Shown: piece by piece, positions 29,958 through 37,735 of the stretch
Numbering within the stretch: the stretch's first letter is position 1
Layout: each line of letters begins with the position of its first letter
From: an uncultured Nitrospiraceae bacterium
Lineage (GTDB): Bacteria; Nitrospirota; Thermodesulfovibrionia; Thermodesulfovibrionales; Dissulfurispiraceae
Direction of reading: 5' to 3'
NCBI GenBank assembly: GCA_963727805.1
Contig: CAVSHF010000003.1
Location: 960,001-1,024,000 of the forward strand
Length of the DNA stretch: 64,000 nucleotides
The notes under the pieces: generated by a model
Told to the model about the DNA's origin: nothing
The model's database searches: none
Seen by the model: only the letters and a program-made list of their open reading frames with translations
Made by a program: the position numbers and the translations under genes

Positions 29958-30260
29958 TTAACTTGTTGATTCTGGGGGAGGGTATTCTTGAAAGACTATC
30001 AGTACAAGGCTAGGCGTTGAACTCAATGTAGTATGAGTTCCAGTAGAGTTCCATGGACCAAACAGCTCAGAATCGCCAATAACTGAGGAGGTGTCAATAA
30101 TTCTCTGAATCCCTGATGTCGGATGGCAGACTTCAAGCTTACCGATGTATCGTTCCGCTGGACTTATATGAATGTTGACGAGTCCAGTCGGCATTAGGGA
30201 AACTATGAGCACGATCAGGATTATTCCCGAAAGCAGTTTCACAGCATTTGCAATGTTCAA
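29958..30260 (-). CDS. DUF2946-like leader protein (paralog; TTG start or 5' frameshift)
   Basis: TM, LEVCH, IVFQEYPPPESTS. Confidence 0.55.
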   Translation of the reverse strand: MNIANAVKLLSGIILIVLIVSLMPTGLVNIHISPAERYIGKLEVCHPTSGIQRIIDTSSVIGDSELFGPWNSTGTHTTLSSTPSLVLIVFQEYPPPESTS

Positions 30261-30478
30261 AGGAACTCAGATATTTTCATTTGGATGACGCTAGCATATC
30301 ACATCCACGGAGAATATCAAAAATATGCCGCAACCGGGATTGACATGAAGGCAAGGGTTAGTCTAACGAATAAGTATTTTTTAAAGGAGAAATGTTAGTA
30401 CATGAATATTCTGTTCATCTTCGGATTTCCCGCATATATAAATCTTTTTTATGGGCCGTGATTAAATTCGTTAGTACC

Positions 30479-30973
30479 TCAGTCCGACTTTTGGAATTCC
30501 AAGATGGGAATATGATATTTGCCATCTTGGAATTTCCCGGGAATTCTGATCGGGTAGCAGCCCCCAATTCCACTCTTTACTTCTGACACGCTATATGTCG
30601 TACCGCATTCCTTACAAGTAAAATGACCGCTACTAAAGGTGAAGCCAACCTTGGATTTACAGCTCACACATTTATCAAGAAAAGAAAGGACTTCGTTGTC
30701 GATTTTTATGACAAAGAAATTTATGTTCTCGTTCCCGGAATCATAAGTAAAGAATTGGGGAACATCGGGCTTCAGGCTTAGAACATCGATGTTCACCTCT
30801 TCGCCTGATACCGGCGCTTTCGAATAAATAGCATGCTTAGAGCAGGCAGCAAGAAGCATAAGGCATAGCAGTAAAAAATAGAGTCCCTTCTTAGCAAATG
30901 TCCTATTGGTTAATACTTGCTTTTTAAACGTGTGCATCTTAGAGAATCTTTTGAGCCTCATGTTAGTTTGCAT
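30479..30973 (-). CDS. DUF2318-like Fe-S-containing lipoprotein
   Basis: LAAC lipobox; D.C..C; C..CG; GGCYPI. Confidence 0.75.
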   Translation of the reverse strand: MQTNMRLKRFSKMHTFKKQVLTNRTFAKKGLYFLLLCLMLLAACSKHAIYSKAPVSGEEVNIDVLSLKPDVPQFFTYDSGNENINFFVIKIDNEVLSFLDKCVSCKSKVGFTFSSGHFTCKECGTTYSVSEVKSGIGGCYPIRIPGKFQDGKYHIPILEFQKSD

Positions 30974-31023
30974 AACCTCAAATGCAGCAGTTTCGGCATA
31001 TGTCTTTATATCTGCCCCATTGC

Positions 31024-31168
31024 CTAGTTCTTTTCATTATATCTTTGCTTCGTCTTAAGTAGAAGTTCCGCGGGTAGCCGGACCTCCTGATAGCAATGTA
31101 GGCAAGGGAGATCATTTCTCGGTAATATACCACTGTATAAAAAAATCATGAGTGTTATCGACTGACAT
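31024..31168 (-). pseudogene. truncated, frameshifted radical SAM enzyme N-terminus
   Basis: RBS GAGG; MSVDNTHDFFIQWYITEK, then TG-AT (TGCAAT minus 2 nt), then shifted frame LPCLHCYQE, giving QW.ITEKCNLPCLHCY. Confidence 0.75.
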
Positions 31169-31215
31169 GGTAATTCCTCATTTGAGAACATGGTGAGCTC
31201 TATTCGTTAATAAAG

Positions 31216-31258
31216 AAAGCAGATACGTGTGACTGAATCATTAGTACGTATCTGCTTT
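31216..31258 (-). terminator. intrinsic terminator between the peptide and the radical SAM remnant
   Basis: AAAGCAGATACGT/ACGTATCTGCTTT followed by CTTTATT. Confidence 0.75.
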
Positions 31259-31270
31259 CATACTGCTTTG

Positions 31271-31287
31271 GCTGCCAACCTGGCAGC
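31271..31287 (-). promoter_or_regulatory. SECIS-like hairpin
   Basis: GCTGCCA-GGT-TGGCAGC; the loop lies 27 and 18 nt after two in-frame UGA codons. Confidence 0.6.
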
Positions 31288-31289
31288 GT

Positions 31290-31409
31290 TTAACTCTTTC
31301 AACTGCTTCACTTGCGGCATATCTTGCCCGGACTAGCAGTCGTTTTCTTGAGCCTGTCCCAGAGGGCTGCCTCTTGCGTGAGAACCTTAGTGCTCAATTC
31401 TTTCTTCAT
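31290..31409 (-). CDS. 39-aa putative selenopeptide / RiPP precursor MKKELSTKVLTQEAALWDRLKKTTASPGKICRKUSSUKS
   Basis: SD GGAGGTGA 7 nt before ATG; in-frame TGA at 31308-31310 and 31299-31301; TAA at 31290-31292. Confidence 0.65.
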
Positions 31410-31426
31410 CCCGTCTTCACCTCCTC

Positions 31427-31752
31427 TCCGAATAATCGGATTTAGCATGCCAAATAACAGCCCAGTCAATCCTTGGGCAGTGAAATTATTAGAGCCGTAC
31501 AACTCGCTTCGGGCTGATAATCACTGCTTTAGGCACTTTCATCACCATTGCCGGATTAAAGTTATCCCTGTGCTTGTCATACAGCTCTTTATTTCTGCAA
31601 TGCATTCTGGGGGACCATAGCTCTTTTTACATTTGGGTTCTTCCACGGATGCTTCAGGCTTCCCTCTCGCTGCTAAGGGCTTGCTCACCACATCCGACAC
31701 TCAGTCCCTTTCTCGTCATTGTTCCTATGGCTAACCCAAGAATGACATTGCA
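31427..31752 (-). ncRNA. long structured 5' leader or ncRNA with four hairpin domains
   Basis: TGCAATG/CATTGCA, CATTCT/AGAATG, GCCATAG/CTATGGT, CGGATGT/GCATCCG; GAGCTGTATGAC/GTTGTACGGCTC; GCCCA/TGGGC; TCCGA/TCGGA; G-U pairs work only on the minus strand. Confidence 0.6.
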
Positions 31753-32098
31753 AGTCCTTCTTGATTGAAGCATAGCCCTAACACAAGAGAAATTAAATCA
31801 GACAAAAGCTAATTTTGTAGTCAGTCTTGTCCTACAAAGGAAATCGGGCAACAAATACAAAACTGTCTGCCTTCTTCAATGCAATCATCTTTTTTGACCT
31901 TGGAAGTCCTCTTTGGTCTGTCTCACTTCAGCATGATGATGAATATTGAAGCTTTTGATCGGAAATGCACGTCTAACATCTTCAAGTCCTTCGAAAGGAG
32001 CATATATTGCATATTTCATTCATTGTCATTGGTCTCCCTCATTTTGTTGCATCATTCGGGGAGAAGACGGCGCCCTGTCCCCGCATGATGAACGACAA

Positions 32099-32920
32099 TT
32101 AAGATATCTTCGCTGCCTTGGCGATCGGTGGGGTCGGGATATTCGAGCCGTGACGTTCGATGCAGTTGCTCTGAGCAGTGATACCGTAGTTTGCAGAAGA
32201 TACAGTACCATTCGTTTCGTACTTGCCGTCCTTCCAGGCATTCAAAAGTTTGACAACATGATAGACCGTGCTTGCGGTGACGCGGGCACAACGGTCCTTT
32301 CGTTCGGGGCTCTTAAGATCTTTGTCTGCTGCCTTCATCCATTTGCAGACCGATATGTGGCAAAAAGGAGAATCGCTGACTGTTTTAGGAAGGACAGTTT
32401 TGATCCTGGGATTGCTGGGCGTGAAGATCGGCATCTGCGCATTGGCATACCAATCAAGCATTTCGCCTCCCATCAGCGCGCCATCTTCAGACCCGGCTAT
32501 CCGAGGCTTATTATCATATTGGCCACTATATTGGCTCCCATAGGCGCGCCGCAGATGGTCCCCCATCCCATGATTCCACCTTCGAGAAGGAGCAAGAGTC
32601 TATATGAAAAGACTTGTATGGCTCTCCAACTTTCTCTCTCAGCTGAGTGAAGACGCTGCTGATCACGGCCGCGCCGCAAAGAGTCGACACCATTCATTAT
32701 GGGCAAGTGCAGCGGTTTGCGCAGGGTCAAGCTTCACATACGGCCATGGCCATTTTTCTGTCGGCCCTTCCCTGGCTTCCGCGTTAGAAAGTAAGTTCCC
32801 GAGCTGATCGGCAGTCGAGCCGATAGCTAATAATCCTGCACCTGCAATGAACTTTCTTCTTGAAACCGTGTCGTTTCCGGATACCTTTTTTTTAATCCTC
32901 CTTTGTATGAAATTATTCAA
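32099..32920 (-). pseudogene. split-Soret cytochrome c / C_GCAxxG_C_C-family pseudogene with three frameshifts
   Basis: Tat SRRKFI and WPWPYVKLDP / CGAAVISSVF..GEPY / GG..GWGTICGA / SPFCHISV.KW..ERKDRCAR are separated by frameshifts; terminal CxxCH reads CIERH. Confidence 0.8.
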
Positions 32921-32983
32921 ATAATGCGAATCTCCTGATCCGGCGTGGATGACTATAGACGTTCATCCTTGTCTTTATCCGAC

Positions 32984-34072
32984 CTAGTCCTTCATTGGCT
33001 TGATGAACATGAAGTAGACCATCGTCCAGTTGCCGAGGATTATAAATATGGTCGCCACGATGCTTGATAGGGCGAGGGATGAAACGCCGGTCAACGCATG
33101 ACCTACGGTGCATCCCCCTGCAGTCGCTGCTCCAAAGCCCATAACGAGGCTGCCAAGGAAAACCCGTATGATTTCATTCGCCGGAGGGGCCTGTAATTTG
33201 AATTCGCCGAGTCCTTTGGCGCTAATGTAAGCGCCTAGTGGAATACCCAAAATATATAAAGCACTCCAGGTGCCCTTGAAAATCCCCCAAAAATTAAACA
33301 TAGGATCGAATTTGGACATACTGTCTCCCATCGTCACGGCTAGGAATGCCTCTGCCGTCGGTCCCGCCGCCGAAAGGCCTCGTGTCTGCCCTCCCCAGTA
33401 ATTTGATGCCCAGAGCGCAAAGATAAGGATCACGCCGATCATGGCGCCGGTGAGGGACCATGAATAGCCTTTCCTCGGTCCCTTGGCAAAGGGCTTCCCT
33501 TTCAGGACAATCGGAATGATGATGAGAGCGATAACGCCGATGACTGCCCATTTCATCGATAACCCGCCAAAGATATCCCACAACGCAGGGTTGAAGACGG
33601 CCTCATCGCCGCTGCCAATCGAAACTTTGTAGCTCTTCAGGAATTCCATGACTGGTTTGAGGGGACCATGATAGGTAGCGATAAGAGAAGAGGCAAAACC
33701 GAGAGTGGCCACGAGAGCGGATGTATAGCCTTCTCCCACACGGTATATTATGCCGCTACCGCAACCGCCGGCCATCACAATGCCAAGTCCGAAGACATAG
33801 CCGCCGACCATATTGGCGATAACATTGAAGGATTGCCTCCTGAGACCGAAATCACCCATAAATCCGAAGTCTTCAAGCAGATTCGCGCCAATGATTGCGA
33901 TCAAAAGTGCCAGCAGATATGACCGGAATAAGGTAAAGTCTTCGAGAAATATGATGTCTCTAAAAGCCGAATTCATGCAGTAACGACCTCTCTGAAGAAC
34001 AAAACCGAAAAGAATACCGACAAAGAGCCCACTTGCCAATACCATAAAACTTGCCTGCTGGACTTCCTCCAT
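32984..34072 (-). CDS. yeeE: YeeE/YedE (TsuA-like) sulfur-compound transporter
   Basis: FGFVLQRGRYC; G.VMAGGCGSG; GFGA..AGGCTVG; multi-TM. Confidence 0.9.
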   Translation of the reverse strand: MEEVQQASFMVLASGLFVGILFGFVLQRGRYCMNSAFRDIIFLEDFTLFRSYLLALLIAIIGANLLEDFGFMGDFGLRRQSFNVIANMVGGYVFGLGIVMAGGCGSGIIYRVGEGYTSALVATLGFASSLIATYHGPLKPVMEFLKSYKVSIGSGDEAVFNPALWDIFGGLSMKWAVIGVIALIIIPIVLKGKPFAKGPRKGYSWSLTGAMIGVILIFALWASNYWGGQTRGLSAAGPTAEAFLAVTMGDSMSKFDPMFNFWGIFKGTWSALYILGIPLGAYISAKGLGEFKLQAPPANEIIRVFLGSLVMGFGAATAGGCTVGHALTGVSSLALSSIVATIFIILGNWTMVYFMFIKPMKD

Positions 34073-34187
34073 AGAGCTTCTCCTTTTTCTTCAATTAATC
34101 ATTTGTGTGGCAATGCCACGACTACCGAATTATCTCCTTTCGTCCATATGACGAACGACCAAGCCGACTTTTTCAAAAAAGGAACAA

Positions 34188-34317
34188 TGGAGGGGAGCAG
34201 TGGGAATCGAACCCACCACGGCACCTTATGAGTGCGACACACTGCTTTGACGCCCGTATGTCTTTAGCCGTGACACTGGTTTTGCAGACCAGGTGAGGCG
34301 CCAACCCCGTGCCCCCC
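34188..34317 (-). tRNA. non-canonical tRNA-Cys(GCA)-like RNA with tRNA-Sec-like fold and branched ~59 nt variable arm (copy 2)
   Basis: Acceptor GGGGGGCA/TGCTCCCC; D-arm GGGGT-TGGC-GCCTC; anticodon arm CTGGT-CT-GCA-AA-ACCAG; T-arm GTGGG-TTCGATT-CCCAC; T-CCA. Confidence 0.85.
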
Positions 34318-34494
34318 GGGAACAGCTCACAAAAGAGACGGCTCCCGCCTTTTACGCTATCCGTACAACGGAAACAGCAGGTTATTTGACTTGATATGGG
34401 TTCCGAACTGGAACGGCGAAACTGAAGGGTATTCATATCTTCATTCGGTTCGCCTTTTTTGATACGTCGTGGGAAGTTGTCTCGGAGAGTGTCC
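34318..34494 (-). ncRNA. conserved structured leader fused 5' of the tRNA-like domain (copy 2)
   Basis: GGACA/TGTTC, GAGAC/GTCTC, TTCCC/GGGAG, GGCGAA/TTCGCC, TGAAG/CTTCA, TCCGT/ACGGA; possible GATATG/CATATC pseudoknot. Confidence 0.65.
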
Positions 34495-35279
34495 TATATT
34501 GAAGGCCTATGCCCATGTCTATGATAGCTTGGTGGATCATTTGCAGATAATTTAGTATTGCTTCAATATATATGTCAAATTGTTTTTGTGGATGGCTTAA
34601 ACGGGAGTAATAGATTTGTCGCTACAATCCAAAAACTGGCGGACGCCGAATGGCGGAGAATGCGGGCGTAACATTAAAGTTACCGGTAACCAACGGTGTC
34701 CCTGAAATATCCGATGCGTTGACTTTTTGGTAACATCAAATAAATGTTCCAGCGATGTTCCTATAATCGACAATGCACTCGACACGGTGAAGACGCTTTG
34801 TTTCAATAAGTAATCGAGAGCGGTACTGTTCGTCAATCTTTACCGAGTTCGTCTCCCTGTCATGTTTGTGAGCGTATAGATAAAAGATTCTCTCAGAGGA
34901 AAAGAACGATAGTTGAGATAATATTTTGAAAGTAATTTGCTATAATTAAACGAATAATAAGAGGTTTATGCTCCACTTTAATCTGCTAGCGTGATATCTT
35001 TCATAGCGCCAGAAGAAGACAGGGGTAGCTGTAAATATGTAACGCCTCGAAGCAGGCTAAGTTCAGTCATCTGATAAAAGGGTGCAATTGATCTCTTTTG
35101 GAAAAAACATCTTTGGCCGGAAGTCGTCTCCAACCAAGACATCTACGCTAACTTCGGGCAACTCCCTCCAAAAGTATTTATCTCGCATCACAAAAGATCG
35201 ATCTGTTGCTAACGGTGATATAATCAAGTTTCAGACCTCAAGCAAGACAACAGCGATCGTAAACAGGTGGAGATAGACC

Positions 35280-37592
35280 ATGGCAGAAAGGAATAAGCGC
35301 AAGATGCCAGATGATCATTCATACTTACGCCGGAGAGCCGAGGAGGTGCTGAAAGGGCACGGGGAATTGGACAAAATTCCCGCCGCTCATTTAACGCGCA
35401 TATTTCACGAGTTACAGGTGCATCAGATGGAGCTGGAGATGCAGAATGATGAACTTCGCCGTACGCAGCAGGAACTCGAAACAGCCCGCGAAAAATATTT
35501 TGACCTATATGACCTAGCCCCATCGGGATATGTCTCCCTAAACGAAAAGGGAATAATACTGGAGGCCAATCTAGCGTTCGCAACATTGTTGGGAGTAGAG
35601 AGAAGCAATTTAGTCGGGCAGCCGCTGTTCCGGTTCATATACAGGGAAGATCAGGACTTATATTACCATTGTCATAAACAGCTTGTTGGAACAAATGCGA
35701 ATCAGGCGTGCGTACTGAGAATGGTGAGAAAGAACGGTGCCTCACTTTGGGTGCAAATCGATATCAGCACAGCTCAAGGCATCGACGATACGACGGGGTC
35801 CCGCGCAGTCATAATCGATATCACTGAGCGGAAACAGATAGAGGAGACGCTGAAGAAAAGCGAAAAGCGCTATCACTCGCTCTTTGAAAACATGTCTGAG
35901 GGGTCTGCTTACTGCAAAATGCTTTACGACAATAACGGCAGCCCGACAGATTTTGTCTACCTCGCGGTCAACTCGGCATTCGAATGGCTGACCGGATTGC
36001 ACAATGTAGTGGGTAAGAATGTCACAGAGGTAATCCCAGGGATTAAAGAGTCACATCCGGAGTTATTCGAGATATATAGCCGGGTGGCATTGACTGGTCG
36101 GCCGGAGAAATTTGAGATCGAATTCAAACCTTTGGTGTTATGGTTCTCTATTTCAGTTTATAGCACTGAAAAGAATTACTTCGTAGCTGTTTTTGATGAC
36201 ATTACCGAGCGTAAGCAGGCGGACCGTCGCCAGACACTTTCGGCTCAAATCCGTGGCATTCTGAACGATCCGCCTGCCATTGCTGATGCAATCAGCCGTA
36301 TCATCACCGAAATTAAGAGGGACATGGTCTTTGACGCTGTGGGAATTCGCCTGCATCGCGGTGATGACTTTCCGTATGTTGCTCAGGACGGTTTTTCTAA
36401 AGAATTTCTCATTAAGGAAAATACGCTAGCTGTTCGCAGTCAGAATGGCGGGGTTTGCATGGATAAAGATGGCAACATCAGCTTGGAGTGTACCTGCGGT
36501 CTGGTTATTTCCGGACGGACTGATCCGACAAATCCCGTTTTTACTCCGAGGGGAAGCTTCTGGACCAACGAGTCATTTACATTATTGGATCTCCCGATTG
36601 ACAAGGATCCGAGGCTTCATCCTCGGAACCGCTGCATACTCGAGGGCTTTCATTCCGTGGCTCTCATTCCGCTGAGGGCCGGCAGCCAGATCGTAGGCAT
36701 ACTGCAACTCAACGATCGTAGACCCAACCGATTCACACCTGAGCTAATCTCTTTCTTTGAAGAACTGGCCGCCATTATTGGCATTGCTTTTGCGCGTAAG
36801 CAGGCGGAGGAGGAGATGAAAGAAGCAAGGGAACTGAGCGATGCCTTGAACTTAAAGCTCGAAGAGGCCAATAAAGACCTAGAAGCTTTTAGCTATTTGG
36901 TTTCTCACGATTTGAATGCACCCCTACGTCACATGACAGGCTTTGCGAAACTGCTGCAAAAGCGGATGGAAGAGCAACAGGATGAAAAAAGCCGCCAGTA
37001 TGCACTCTTGATATCCGATGCGTCGACAAAGATGGCGAGGCTTATCGATGACTTGCTTTCCTATTCACGTCTTGGCCGCGAAGAGATGCCAAAGAGGGAA
37101 GTGAACTTAGATCACCTCTTAAAGGAGTCCATCGATGAGATTTCAGAGGAAACGAAGGAGCGGGACATTATGTGGAAGCTTGGTGATCTGCCCACAGTCT
37201 ACGGTGAACAGTCGATGCTGAAGCTTGTGCTCGTCAATTTCATCTCCAACGCGGTCAAATTCACAAGTACTCGACCCAGAGCCGAAATCGAAATTGACTG
37301 CAACAAGGGCGAAAAAGAGGTTATATGTTTTGTTAAAGACAACGGTGCTGGGTTTGATATGAAACACGTGGACAGACTCTTCGGAGTATTCCAACGCCTC
37401 CACACACAGGACGAATTTGAAGGCACTGGCATCGGCCTAGCAAATGTTCGTCGTATCATTTCGTTGCATGGAGGCAGGACATGGGCCGAAAGCTCTGTGG
37501 GTAAAGGAGCTACGTTTTACTTTACACTTCCAATACCGAAAGAGCAAGAATATAATGTGCTCTCCCCAGGGGATCAGGCACCTGAAAGATGA
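35280..37592 (+). CDS. PAS-PAS-GAF sensor histidine kinase
   Basis: ELEMQN.EL; two PAS domains ending DITERK; GAF; FSYLVSHDL.APL; NAVKF; FQRLH; GTGIGL. Confidence 0.92.
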   Translation: MAERNKRKMPDDHSYLRRRAEEVLKGHGELDKIPAAHLTRIFHELQVHQMELEMQNDELRRTQQELETAREKYFDLYDLAPSGYVSLNEKGIILEANLAFATLLGVERSNLVGQPLFRFIYREDQDLYYHCHKQLVGTNANQACVLRMVRKNGASLWVQIDISTAQGIDDTTGSRAVIIDITERKQIEETLKKSEKRYHSLFENMSEGSAYCKMLYDNNGSPTDFVYLAVNSAFEWLTGLHNVVGKNVTEVIPGIKESHPELFEIYSRVALTGRPEKFEIEFKPLVLWFSISVYSTEKNYFVAVFDDITERKQADRRQTLSAQIRGILNDPPAIADAISRIITEIKRDMVFDAVGIRLHRGDDFPYVAQDGFSKEFLIKENTLAVRSQNGGVCMDKDGNISLECTCGLVISGRTDPTNPVFTPRGSFWTNESFTLLDLPIDKDPRLHPRNRCILEGFHSVALIPLRAGSQIVGILQLNDRRPNRFTPELISFFEELAAIIGIAFARKQAEEEMKEARELSDALNLKLEEANKDLEAFSYLVSHDLNAPLRHMTGFAKLLQKRMEEQQDEKSRQYALLISDASTKMARLIDDLLSYSRLGREEMPKREVNLDHLLKESIDEISEETKERDIMWKLGDLPTVYGEQSMLKLVLVNFISNAVKFTSTRPRAEIEIDCNKGEKEVICFVKDNGAGFDMKHVDRLFGVFQRLHTQDEFEGTGIGLANVRRIISLHGGRTWAESSVGKGATFYFTLPIPKEQEYNVLSPGDQAPER

Positions 37593-37735
37593 TCCCATTG
37601 ATGGTTAATTCATCTCATTTTTTTTTGAGATTTTGTGGGTGCCCTACTCTGCAATATTGAATTCGAATTCCGGTGCTTAAAACTCTCGATTCGTAGTGAT
37701 AGCAAACAGCCGGAGAGAGTCGCCCACGGTGTTGA

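Noticed and set aside
31112..31114. UGA at the first radical SAM Cys read as selenocysteine
   Set aside because: The rest of the motif is in another frame; a 2-nt deletion from TGCAAT explains the TGA
31308..31502. 64-aa ORF-track call with a TTG start
   Set aside because: The internal ATG at 31409 has a perfect SD, and the upstream part overlaps RNA hairpins
31974..32030. Tiny ORF MTMNEICNICSFRRT-UGA-RC as another selenopeptide
   Set aside because: No SECIS-like hairpin seen and too short to support; more likely debris
34188..34317. Canonical tRNA-Sec, tmRNA or intron-containing tRNA
   Set aside because: The anticodon is GCA and the discriminator U; there is no tag reading frame; the insert lies in the variable arm and is too short for a self-splicing intron
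34173..34436. Homologous ORFs MNTLQFR.. (also 99-293) running through the leader and tRNA-like RNA, as a Cys-rich leader peptide
   Set aside because: Differences between copies are largely non-synonymous, most Cys are not shared, the stops differ and there is no good SD. RNA structure explains the conservation better, though translation is not formally excluded.
34318..34494. T-box riboswitch
   Set aside because: No T-box antiterminator consensus (UGGNACC) or recognisable Stem I AG/GNUG boxes
34597..34900. ORF upstream of RNA copy 2, including a frame ending AIRRPPVFGL
   Set aside because: No credible start or SD, an internal stop, and the frame is not kept in copy 1
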